Assembly (NCBI GenBank): GCA_048213135.1
Contig: PS015401.1
Location: 45,229 to 65,228, forward strand
Length of the DNA: 20,000 bases
From: Reclinomonas americana ATCC 50394
Taxonomy: Eukaryota
Direction of reading: 5' to 3'
Under the pieces are notes generated by a model. It had not been told where the DNA came from, made no database searches, and worked only from the letters and a program-made list of their open reading frames with translations. The position numbers were made by a program, and so were the translations under genes. This document shows, piece after piece, positions 9,672 to 20,000 of the stretch (the stretch's first letter is position 1; the number at the start of each line of letters is the position of its first letter).

Positions 9672-12584
9672 TCACTTTTTCTGCTTCTTCAGCGGCGGTC
9701 CAGTGTCCGCAGCTCCAGCACTGTTTTCACATGCACGAGCACCACACGTCAACGGTTGATGGAAACACAACAGAGATCACGACACGCAAGGCACGCAACG
9801 CTGGTCTCTTGCCACCGCCACCGAGCGCAAACGAAATCTTGGCCTTGCTACTGGAAACCGCACCTCCGGCAGCAGAGGCAGTAACAGCAGCAGCAGGAGG
9901 CTTGGGTGCGCCACCACTGTCGGCCACTCTCCGCTCATCGGGACCGGTGGCACCACTGATGGCGGCCGCTGCGGCCGCAGCAGCAGTAGCAGCCGCGGTG
10001 GATGCACCAAGTGACGACACCGCCGACGACGGCATGTACNNNNNNNNNNNNNNNNNNNNGATGAACCCGAGCCACCCAACACATCATGCTCCCAGTGTAC
10101 GACAGCGGCGTCCACCGACGCCGTCATGGGATTGATGAGCGGGAGCATGAGACCGCCTTGGCCGGCGGGGACACTTGCACGCAGCAGACGGAGTTTCTCC
10201 GTCATTTCCTTCTTCAGCGCCTCGTACAGCTTGCTGGCCTGCACACGCATGATCGTGAGACACGTAAGGGGAAGTAGCGAGAGGCACTTATTTTTTGGCC
10301 TGCACCTTTTCCGTACGTCCACTGGTGACAGCCATCCAGTAATGCCGCAACAACTCGGAGCACATGCGAAACACCTTGTGCACAGTCTTCATGAACTTAC
10401 GATCGGCCTCGTCGGTGGACTCTGCCGCAGCGGCTGCACGCTTGCCGAGACCAGCCAGTGCCTGCTCCTCTTGCGACTGTCGGTACAGCGCCGACAGCGA
10501 CGACGCGCAACTTGCGGTGTGCAGCAGATTCGTGCGCAGCATCTGCGTGCGCTCGGCAGTGGAGCGCAGATGCACGCCCAGTCGCGTGCATGCCGCCAGG
10601 CAAGCCTGTCATCCGAATACACTAGTTGAGCAACACGCATGCACTCTGTCAAGAAATAAAGCGCGTACCTGTCGCGTCTGGAACCGCTTGGCTCGACTCT
10701 GTGCCAGCATGGGCGCAATGGTCGCCGAGTTGGAGACCACGGCCGAAGCAGACTTTTTTGGTGTCTGTGACGACGATCCAGAGGCAGTGGTCGTTGTGGT
10801 CGTTGTCGACGATGATGCAGAGTCGTACGCACTGGAGCCACTGCCTTCGAAATACATGGAGGGGTTCTCGATGTTGAGCACTTGGAAGCGTGCCGAGTCG
10901 TCGTGACGCACCAGGTCGTCGATCACCGGCGCCAGTTTGCTTCTGTGACCCAAGCGAAGAATTGAATGAGCACCACACATCCTTCCTACTCGCGCGCACA
11001 CACACACGACGACTCAACTGTTCCGGGTGCTTCTCCTCCTGATGGGCACTGTTGATGACCAGCGATGACGAATGATTGTAGAGCGCAAACAACTCGGTAG
11101 TGAACTCGTCGGACGCTGCGGCCGAGCTGGCCGATGTGGCTTGCGAGCCGATTCCCATCATCTGCTCCTTGTTGAACTCGCCGCGAAGACCATATCCCTG
11201 CGAGAAGCAGAAAAGTGAGCTTGTATGTGTGGGTGTGCATCTTGAGTTGAAAGCAATCGCACCGGTCCAAGTGACTCCTCGCGCAGAATGTCAACACCCG
11301 GGCGCACCTCGCCCGGTTTGGCCTCCAGATGACGATCTGATGATCCACACACACACACATGTGAGTGTGCAGTCGTCGACGACAGACAGCAGACGCAAAA
11401 CGCGTGGATGCCCAACGCAACGGTGCTTATCGGCTGTCGATTGCACGTGCGTGCCGCCGGCTTCGGAACGAGCACGCTTCGACAGTCGATCGAAATCCTC
11501 CACACTCAAGTTGTCGGGCAGGAACCAGAAAAAGTCGACCTTGAGGGCCGACTGCCAGAACTGTTGCTCGCTCATCTGCGCATGCATTCACACACGGTGG
11601 GGTGGGTGGGTGGCAGGACGATGAATATCAGGCGACCGACAATGACACACACCACCAGCGGTACTTTCTGCTCATAGTCCTTCTTCAACTGCGGCTTGCG
11701 GGCGAAAATGTGCTGAATGACCGCCGGGCTGATGGACAGGCGCTTCTGGATGATGGTGTTGGGCGTGCCCACACGAGCCGAGGTCACCACACCGTCGGGT
11801 CCCACAGTGACCGAGGACCCGGCGGTCGTTCTGGTGGTCGTGGTCGTTGTCGCTGCAGCCGACGACTGCCCCGATGACGACGACTGTGGCGCGACACCGC
11901 GCGCCTGATCGTGACTCTCCTGCGCCTCCACCATGCGCCAAAACTCGTCCTCAGTCATGGCCTGCGACGACACCAGTTGCTCATGCATCTCCCGCAGCGA
12001 CCGATCCGAAGCCAGACGATACGCTCGCACTCCCACAATGTCTTTCTTCTCCTTCTCCTTGTCAGCACTCGCAGCAGCAGACGACGACGGCGCTGTCGCT
12101 GCAGCCAAGGCCGGTGTCGGAGGATGCCGCTTCCGTCCGAGTCGAATGCTCTCCTTTAGTCGCTCCCGGTCGGCCAGCGTCAGAAACGCAATCACAAACG
12201 AAGGTCCGGCATTCAGCGTCATCTTCATGCGAAGATCCGAGTCCTTTTTCGCCACCGAGTGCGCTGCGCACATGTCAAAAACAGAGAACAGAGTGAGACA
12301 AGTCAAACCTGCAATGGAATTCTCCAATGAGCGCGCACGCAACTGTTCAAATCCGCAAACAACACACGCGTGGAGTGCCCCGCCGGCGACAGCTTGTTCC
12401 CCATGGTGGCTGCAATGCGTGCAGCGGCGGCGCCCATGGCGCCCATGTCGTTCACCTCCACCTGCTCTCCATTCGCGTGCACCAAGGCCGACTGCCGCAC
12501 AAACGTCACATCGGCGTCTCGCACGACCAGCGCACCCTCGACCCCGTCACGCGTGCACGGCGCCGTGTCGAGAGCCTCGCTCAT
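9672..12584 (-). CDS. GTF2H1: TFIIH subunit p62 / TFB1-like protein (PH-like N-terminus, two BSD-like domains), about 9 exons
   Basis: N-terminal PH-like segment (GALVVRDADVTF...VLFADLN/THSVAKKDSDLRMKMTL); BSD motifs LREMHEQLVSSQAMTEDEFW and IQHIFARKPQLKKDYEQKVP..MSEQQFW; GYG, YNHSSSLV, IDDL..LNIENPSMYF and ELLRHYW motifs typical of p62; ends PPLKKQKK-TGA. Confidence 0.88.
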
Positions 12585-12656
12585 CAAAGTGTGATTGATT
12601 GGATTCAATGTGCCAATCAGTCCGTCGACGCGGCGCTTCACACACAGCTCATCAGC
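12585..12656. promoter_or_regulatory. candidate bidirectional promoter (72 bp between divergent ATGs)
   Basis: p62 ATG at 12584 (-) and next gene ATG at 12657 (+); contains TGATTGATTGG and GCCAATCA, i.e. CCAAT boxes in both orientations. Depends on both start codons being right. Confidence 0.5.
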
Positions 12657-15600
12657 ATGTCTGCGCCGGCGCCAGCGGGCTCCGTGGTGGCATCGGCGAC
12701 TGCGGATGCGGGCGAGCGAGAGGGCGCGTCACCGGTGGCAGAGATGGCCGAGTTGAGCGTGACCGACACCTCGGTGGAGTCGGAGGAGGCAGGCGATGTG
12801 CTGAGTGGAGGCGGCGCAGCGTCGGCATCCGCTGCGTCGGTGCTGAGTCCGCTGGCGGCTGTGGTGGCTCCGCAGGTGCGTTTCCCGAACATGGCAAACA
12901 GGCAGAGCGTGAAAGACGAGCAGCGTGCTCCTTTTGTGTGCGAGTGAGTGGCGTGTCTCTGTGTGTCACATTCGTGGCGTGAGATCAAGTGCATGCATGC
13001 ATGTGTGTGTATCTCACGTTGCTGGGGTCGTTGTGTTTTTTTGTTTGTGTGTCATGGGCATGTCCGTGTTGCGCTCTGTCTCCTGTGTGCTCTCTCTCTC
13101 TCTGTCGTCCTCGCTCCCTCTCTTGCTGTGTTCATGAGCATGCGGTTGCGATGTGGCCGTCTGTCGATAGAGGGGGCTATTTTCCGACGACGTATCCACG
13201 AATCTTCCTGATTGCCACAGCTGCCCGACGGTACTCGGATCTATCTGACGTCGTTTGCACATCCGGTGGTGAAGCGATCGCGTGGTGGTCCCGGCAGGGC
13301 GTCGGCCGCTGCTTCTGCTGCTGCTGCCGCAACTGCTGCTGCCCCTGCATCGTCATCATCACATGGAGCAGCAGACGAGGGATCATCTGCACCAGCATCG
13401 TCGTCGGGGGAGGGGGAGTTGCCGGTGAATGCACCATGCGACTGCACATTCAACATCATCAAGAAGAACATGATGTCGGATGGGAGCGCGGTGGTGTACG
13501 TGCCGTCGCCGAACCGCGTGTCGACGTTTGGGTGGAGTCTGTCGCGCGACTCGTCGTTGCGATCTCGGCACATTATTCAGTGGCTGTTTGAGAACCAGCA
13601 TGTGGCGCGCCTGAAGGATCGGTGTCTGCGTGACCTGCTGGCACACATCAGCGCACGAGTCGGGAGCAAGACGGTCTTCAACTTTGGCTTCTGCTGCAGC
13701 AACGGAGGGCAGCGCTCGGTGGCGTTCGCCGAGCGCATCAGGGCGGATCTGGAGGCACTCTTTGTGGGTCAGAATGTGCGTCTGCCTGTCGAACGTGCGT
13801 GTATGTGTGCAAGTCGTAGTGACAGTGCCGGCGCAACCAAACAGGTGCATGTGGTGTCGCGTCATCGTGATGTGTTCGAATACGAAAGACGGCAGAATGA
13901 GTCGTCGGGGAGCACACGCCCACGCGGCAAGTACATTTGGCAGTACGCGGAGCCAGTGGAGTACGAGGTGGGTATGGAGACAGCGGCGGCCGCGGCGGCG
14001 TCGACACAGTCATACACGCCGACCAACAGGGGCTCCAGCTCCACACCAACTTCAGCAGCAGCTGCATCAGCCGTGACCTCTCCCACGTCAGCATTGTCTC
14101 CCACCTCGACATCTAGTAGCCACTACAATCCACACTTGCCGGATCCATCATGGAGCCACCCGGCGTCTCCGCACTGCCCGATATGGCACGACATGTCGGC
14201 CGCGGACTCGGCTGCGTTGGAGCGCGCCTTTGAGCAGAATCCGATTAACAGGAGTGCCACAGTCCAGCTGTCGNNNNNNNNNNNNNNNNNNNNNNNNNNN
14301 NNNNNNNNNNNNNNNNNNNNNNNNNNNNNNNNNNNNNNNNNNNNNNNNNNNNNNNNNNNNNNNNNNNNNNNNNNNNNNNNNNNNNNNNNNNNNNNNNNNN
14401 NNNNNNNNNNNNNNNNNNNNNNNNNNNNNNNNNNNNNNNNNNNNNNNNNNNNNNNNNNNNNNNNNNNNNNNNNNNNNNNNNNNNNNNNNNNNNNNNNNNN
14501 NNNNNNNNNNNNNNNNNNNNNNNNNNNNNNNGAGACGCACCTTGTAGGCACTGAAACTGCTCCAGCAGTGCGCCGTGTGCATCAGCTGTCCCAGCAACAC
14601 GCGACATATTGTGCCATGTCGCGAGTCGTCAAACGCGTACAGCATCACGCCCGCGCTCTCAAACGAGTGTGCGATATCCGACGACGCAAAGACACCGCGC
14701 TCCACGTGCAGCACCGCTCGCCGTGTCGGATCAAATCGGAACAGTGGACGCACCACCAGCACCGCTTCGCCACCCGTCTCCAATGTGACGTAACCCGTCG
14801 TGAAATCCACTCTACACATCTGTGTTGCCGTGTGCACAGGTGAGAATGCATCGCCACCAACACACATGCGCACACACATTGCACTGCAGCCACGCGGACC
14901 TTTTCTTCGCCACTTGCTTGNNNNNNNNNNNNNNNNNNNNNNNNNNNNNNNNNNNNNNNNNNNNNNNNNNNNNNNNNNNNNNNNNNNNNNNNNNNNNNNN
15001 NNNNNNNNNNNNNNNNNNNNNNNNNNNNNNNNNNNNNNNNNNNNNNNNNNNNNNNNNNNNNNNNNNNNNNNNNNNNNNNNNNNNNNNNNNNNNNNNNNNN
15101 NNNNNNNNNNNNNNNNNNNNNNNNNNNNNNNNNNNNNNNNNNNNNNNNNNNNNNNNNNNNNNNNNNNNNNNNNNNNNNNNNNNNNNNNNNNNNNNNGTTG
15201 TGGTGAGACTTTTCTCTGCAGGCATGCTGCTCACCTCGTGGAGCAGCACGCGTCGGAGTCGCCACCGGCCACGGCACTGAGAGCATACTACGAACAGTCG
15301 CTGGGAGTGCTGATGTACGACATGCCACGCATGCTCAAGGCCTACGACGCAAATGGCGTGTACCGGGTCTACGACATTACGAACAGCTCTGTGTTGTACT
15401 TTGTACGAGTACCTTATGTGCCGGAGGTGGTGGATGCTTACCAATCGAGCGTCACTTACTATCGGTACGCGTGTCTCTCTCGCCAACCTGCGCGGTAATC
15501 CACATGGTCGCTGATATCCTCGCGTCGCAGACAACACGGTTACCGAACGGACATTGCCAAGCTCACGTGGTACAAGTTGTCGCAGATCCGACGCAGCTTG

Positions 15601-15928
15601 CGTGAGGTACACCCCGATGTTTTATGCGTGCGTGTGTGGTTGGGGATGACGGTGCGCTGACTCTTGTGTGCTGCAGGCCATGGCGGTCGGCGAATTGCAC
15701 GGCGTGTGTGTGGGCTGTGAACGCTCGCATCGCGAGCATGCGTTGCTCGGTCGGCCACTGGCGGAGGTGCTGGCCGTGGCAGAGGTTTGTCGGGGAGACT
15801 TCGTTCCCTTGCTTATATCGGCAACTCACTGATTGTTGGTGATGACGTAGGAGGGTGGCATTCTGCAAGCACTCGAGGTTTCAATTGGGTCTCACGGGCA
15901 GCTGCAGGGCAGTGTGGAGTACACATAG
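12657..15928 (+). CDS. multi-domain protein: RapZ C-terminal-like domain (CX5R), WWE-like domain, unknown C-terminal region
   Basis: Exons 12657-12875, 13221-13775, 13845-14273(gap) and several after 15197 ending ...GSVEYT-TAG. RapZ-C-like motifs: IYLTSF, VPSP, FGFCCSNGGQRSVAFAERI, SRHRD. WWE-like: YIWQY...WHDMSAADSAALERAFEQ. Joining across the N gaps is inferred. Confidence 0.7.
14541..14920 (-). CDS. two exons (14920-14900, 14819-14541) on an inverted contig, probably internal to the 12657-15928 gene
   Basis: QASGEEK, GTCCGC..CAG intron, MCRVDFTTGYVTLETG...FSAYK, GTGCGT donor; RVDF..TG fits the second half of a WWE domain. Confidence 0.6.
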
Positions 15929-16129
15929 CGCGCGTGTGTGGAGGCTAGTGCTTACTTTTTTGGGGGGTATAGATTTATGTGTATCGAGTGGAATTTGTTG
16001 TTGGTGTGTGTGTGTGTGTGTGTGTGAGGAGGTTGAAGCGAAGAAGAATAAGTGTGGAGTGATGGCGGTTGTCACTCTTTCGTCTTCCGTCCTTTTTTTA
16101 AAAAATTGAAAGCGTTGTTTGTTGGGCAA

Positions 16130-18099
16130 CTATGCGGGATACAGGGCGGCCCAGTTGCGCGAACGCACCACGGCCAGCAGTTCGTCTATCGTGATTCGCT
16201 TCTGGGTCATGGAGTCTCGCTCGCGCACAGTGACGCTATTGTCGGCGAGGCTCTCAAAATCGACGGTGACACAGAACGGGGTGCCGATCTCATCTTGCCG
16301 CCGGTATCGCTTGCCAATCGATTGTGTCACGTCAAAGTCGGTGCGCACCACGTCGACCATGGACTGGAAGAGTGAATTCGACAGCTGCACCAGCGGCTGA
16401 GCCAGAGGAGCAGGCGACAGCAAGTGAGTGAGGCAGACGGTAACGAATCTCCACATCATTCACCCTGCTTTGCCAAACCTCTTTCTTGGAGAGCGGCAGC
16501 ACGGCAAACTGGAACGGAGCGACCTCGGGGCGGAGGCAGAGTCGGATGCGACTGGTGCCGTCTTTGGAGGCCTCGACTTGGTCGACTCGGTACGCGTCCA
16601 GCAGAGTGGCGTACAGCAGCCTGCACGCATGTTTTGTCCTCGCTCAGTTCAACTACAGACGCAACTCGTGACCGCTGCGACTCACCGATCGAGTCCAACC
16701 GCAGGTTCGATGCAGTGCGGATAGAACGGCTCACTAGTGGCACCGGAGCGGAAGCGCAGATCCTGACCCGAGTGCGTCGCGTGTGCCTTCAGATCGTAAT
16801 CGGTGCGATTCGCAATGCCCCACAGTTCGCCCCATCCCCACGGGAACAAGAACTCAATGTCCGTGGTGCCCGCCGAGTAGTGCGCCACCTCCTGCACACA
16901 ATCACATGCACGCGCACGTACGTGAGTGCGGTGACGCCTTGCCACCTTCTCTCGTGCAACGCAACTCCAGGGCCGAATTCTCGCATCCGGAAGCTCTCCG
17001 GCCGCAGGCCCACCACGTTCTTCAACCAATCCACACAGAACGTGATCCAATACCGATACCATGTGGGCGACGACTCGGGCGCACAAAAGTACTCCATCTC
17101 CATCTGCTCAAACTCACGCGTGCGGAAGAGCAGGTGTCCCGGCGAGATCTCGTTGCGGAACGAGCGACCGGTCTGCGCCATGCCAAACGGCAGCTGCGGT
17201 CGCTCCGTCTGCACCAAGTCCGCAAAGTGTGTAAACATGCCTTGCGCCGTCTCCGGGCGCAGCGGCAGCACATCACTCGAGTCCTCGGTGCAGCCGAAAC
17301 GCGTCTCAAACAGCAAGTTGAACAGGCGTGGCGGAGACAACTGGCACTTGTTGGCCTTCGCATCGCCACACCCGCCGTGCAAGCCACGCGAGCGTGCAGC
17401 ATCCACAAAGAACTCACGGAACTCGTCCAGCGAGAGACCGGCAATCTTCTTGCCGGCCTCGTCGCCCAGTTGCTCCTCCACCAGCTTGTCCGCACGCGAT
17501 CGGCGACCGCATGTCTTGCACTCGACCAGTGGATCGGTAAAGTGCTCAATGTGGCCGGTTGCCTCCCACACTGCATGGGGCGGAAGTGAGACACGCAGCA
17601 GCAGCAGTGTCACATGCTTAAAGGAAAAGCACCCTTGCGCGACATCAAAATGCACGTCTCCACGCCAAACACATCGGGTCTGCGCTCCACAAAGTGTCGC
17701 CACCACAAGTCACGCAAGTTCTTCTTCATCTGCGTACCTGCGCGGTGTCTCGAGAGAGTCAGACGGGGCAGGGAGAGAGTGTGTGTGATGCGATGTATGC
17801 ATGCTTGTGTGTACCCAGTGGGCCATAATCAATCAGGCTCTCCACGCCACCGTAGATGCTGCTGTTGGCCATCACAAAGCCGCGGCGACGCAAGAGTCGT
17901 TCCACGGCTCCTGGTCCCTCGGCAGCCATCTTATCGTCGCCCTGCGCGCACACAAAGCACATCACTGATTACAGGCATGCATAACTCACTCGCGCTGTGT
18001 TCTCTCTACCACTGAAGCTGCGGGTAATGAGGTCGACCATCGCGCAGTGACAGGTGGCGAGAACAGTAAGCGCCCGCCACGGCGTGCAAGCAGCAGCAT
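16130..18099 (-). CDS. glyQS: glycyl-tRNA synthetase, bacterial-like homodimeric (alpha2) type, probably organellar; about 7 exons
   Basis: [41 protein letters not shown], motif 2 [51 protein letters not shown], motif 3 IEPAVGLDR, anticodon domain [22 protein letters not shown]. First exon uncertain. Confidence 0.95.
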
Positions 18100-18367
18100 T
18101 AATTCGTCGAGACCAAGAGGACAGGACTGATTTCAGCGTTTTTGTGTTTACTACTCTCTCACTCTCACTCTCACTCTCACTCTCTCGCTCGTTTTCCTCA
18201 TTCTTGTTGGTTATTCGACAATCACCGGCAAAAACAGTCATCCACTCCACACATACACACATGCAGACTCGCCTCACCCACATAGAACCAGATATACAAA
18301 ATCACACACGATGCAGCTGGATAGACGCCTGCTAAGTGCCGACAAGTGCGCAACGTGGTGCCAACTA

Positions 18368-20000
18368 TTATGCGACGTAATGGTAGAGACTCGAATCTGT
18401 GACGAGCGGGCACGCAGTCAGCAAAAAAAGAGGAGAACCCGCACACAAGCGCACACACACGCACCAGAGTCATCACGCCGCAGGAACTCGCGCAGAATGA
18501 GATCCTCGATACGAGTCTTGACTTGGCGCGGCTGTGGCCTGAACAGGTTGAGCTGTTGCAGGGTCTCCGCCACCAGCGCCTGATGAGAGAGCGTTCGTCG
18601 GGCCTTCATCACACGCACAATGCAGGCGTCAATCATGTAGCGCCGCTCCTGCTCACGCTCCTCCGGCTGACCGCCAGGCCCAGCCTTCTTCACCGTGATC
18701 TTCGGCAGCGGGATGCTGATCTTCAGTCGCTTGGTCTCGAACGCCTCGTTGAATACAACAGTCTCCTCCGCGCCCAGATTCTTGGCGCTGTTGATGCGCG
18801 TCAGGATCTGGAACTTGCCAGCACACAGACCCATGATGGCGCGCTTGACTTCGTCGAGCGGGATTCTGCAAGCGACAGGGCGGTCACAAAACGAGTGCAC
18901 GCAGCGAGCGACGGCAACGACGACGACGACGACGCAACTGTGTCATCTCGTGAATCTGCTGTACAGTGAGCTCGGCGTGCGTGTTGAAGAGGAGGCACAC
19001 GGATGCTTGGTGACCCGTCATGGACAACTCGCGCTTGCCAATGGTGAANNNNNNNNNNNNNNNNNNNNNNNNNNNNNNNNNNNNNNNNNNNNNNNNNNNN
19101 NNNNNNNNNNNNNNNNNNNNNNNNNNNNNNNNNNNNNNNNNNNNNNNNNNNNNNNNNNNNNNNNNNNNNNNNNNNNNNNNNNNNNNNNNNNNNNNNNNNN
19201 NNNNNNNNNNNNNNNNNNNNNNNNNNNNNNNNNNNNNNNNNNNNNNNNNNNNNNNNNNNNNNNNNNNNNNNNNNNNNNNNNNNNNNNNNNNNNNNNNNNN
19301 NNNNNNNNNNNNNNNNNNNNNNNNNNNNNNNNNNNNNNNNNNNNNNNNNNNNNNNNNNNNNNNNNNNNNNNNNNNNNNNNNNNNNNNNNNNNNNNNNNNN
19401 NNNNNNNNNNNNNNNNNNNNNNNNNNNNNNNNNNNNNNNNNNNNNNNNNNNNNNNNNNNNNNNNNNNNNNNNNNNNNNNNNNNNNNNNNNNNNNNNNNNN
19501 NNNNNNNNNNNNNNNNNNNNNNNNNNNNNNNNNNNNNNNNNNNNNNNNNNNNNNNNNNNNNNNNNNNNNNNNNNNNNNNNNNNNNNNNNNNNNNNNNNNN
19601 NNNNNNNNNNNNNNNNNNNNNNNNNNNNNNNNNNNNNNNNNNNNNNNNNNNNNNNNNNNNNNNNNNNNNNNNNNNNNNNNNNNNNNNNNNNNNNNNNNNN
19701 NNNNNNNNNGAAACCGTTCAGCGTGGCCTTGCCGAGGCTGTGGATCCATTGCAGAATGCGATTCGTGGTGCTGCTGTTGTAGAACTCGCGGAAGCGCTCC
19801 AAACAACTGGCCAACTCCTCCGGTGGCGTGAGCACATCCACAGGGAAGTGCGGCCAACTGCCGGTGGTGAGAACCTGCCGCCGCAAAAATCAACCCGTGT
19901 GAGGAGATCGCATGTACACATCAAGGCACACAATCCCCCACAAAAACGGCACCCACCAACGCCTGGAACTCCTTGATGGGTAGCCGCACAGCCTTGTCAG
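18368..20000 (-). CDS. cullin (cullin-1-like), 3' part
   Basis: VLTTGSWP, FREFY..RILQWIHSLG, QASVCLLFN, neddylation domain RRYMIDACIVRVMKARRTLSHQALVAE..VKTRIEDLILREFLRRD, end SLYHYVA-TAA. Confidence 0.96.
19049..19709. other. assembly gap (one of many N runs in the window)
   Basis: Run of N inside the cullin gene. Confidence 0.99.

Noticed and set aside
13776-13844. In-frame stretch VRLPVERACMC…TKQ read as coding in the ORF track
   Set aside because: Has GTGCGT..CAG ends and typical intron length (69 nt); removing it restores RapZ-like spacing to HRD.
16424-17788. 454-aa + strand ORF
   Set aside because: Antisense shadow of the GC-rich GlyRS exons; no recognisable motifs.
19875-19965. Possible non-canonical (GC-AG or GT-CG) intron in cullin
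   Set aside because: A canonical GTGGGT..CAG intron gives EFQAL|VLTTGSWP, matching the cullin consensus.

Overview
Gappy draft scaffold from a GC-rich, microsatellite-rich, gene-dense eukaryote (probably a protist; not identifiable from this window) with many short GT-AG introns and apparently the standard genetic code. In order: 5' end of an unknown minus-strand gene; tRNA-Ser(UGA); a large multi-exon gene of an uncharacterised protist family (+, ~2.5-6.5 kb) whose last exons lie on the minus strand and partly in two ~98% identical copies (6.6-9.0 kb); TFIIH p62/TFB1 (-); head-to-head with it, an unusual gene combining a RapZ-C-terminal-like CX5R domain, a WWE-like domain and an unknown C-terminal region (+, with one internal contig inverted); a bacterial-type alpha2 glycyl-tRNA synthetase with a likely organellar leader (-); and the 3' part of a cullin (-). 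Most striking signal: about 9 of roughly 40 inferred introns start with GTTGCGT/GTTGAGT, the usual GTGCGT/GTGAGT donor with one extra T. All gene models were spliced by eye and family calls come from motif recognition, not database searches.
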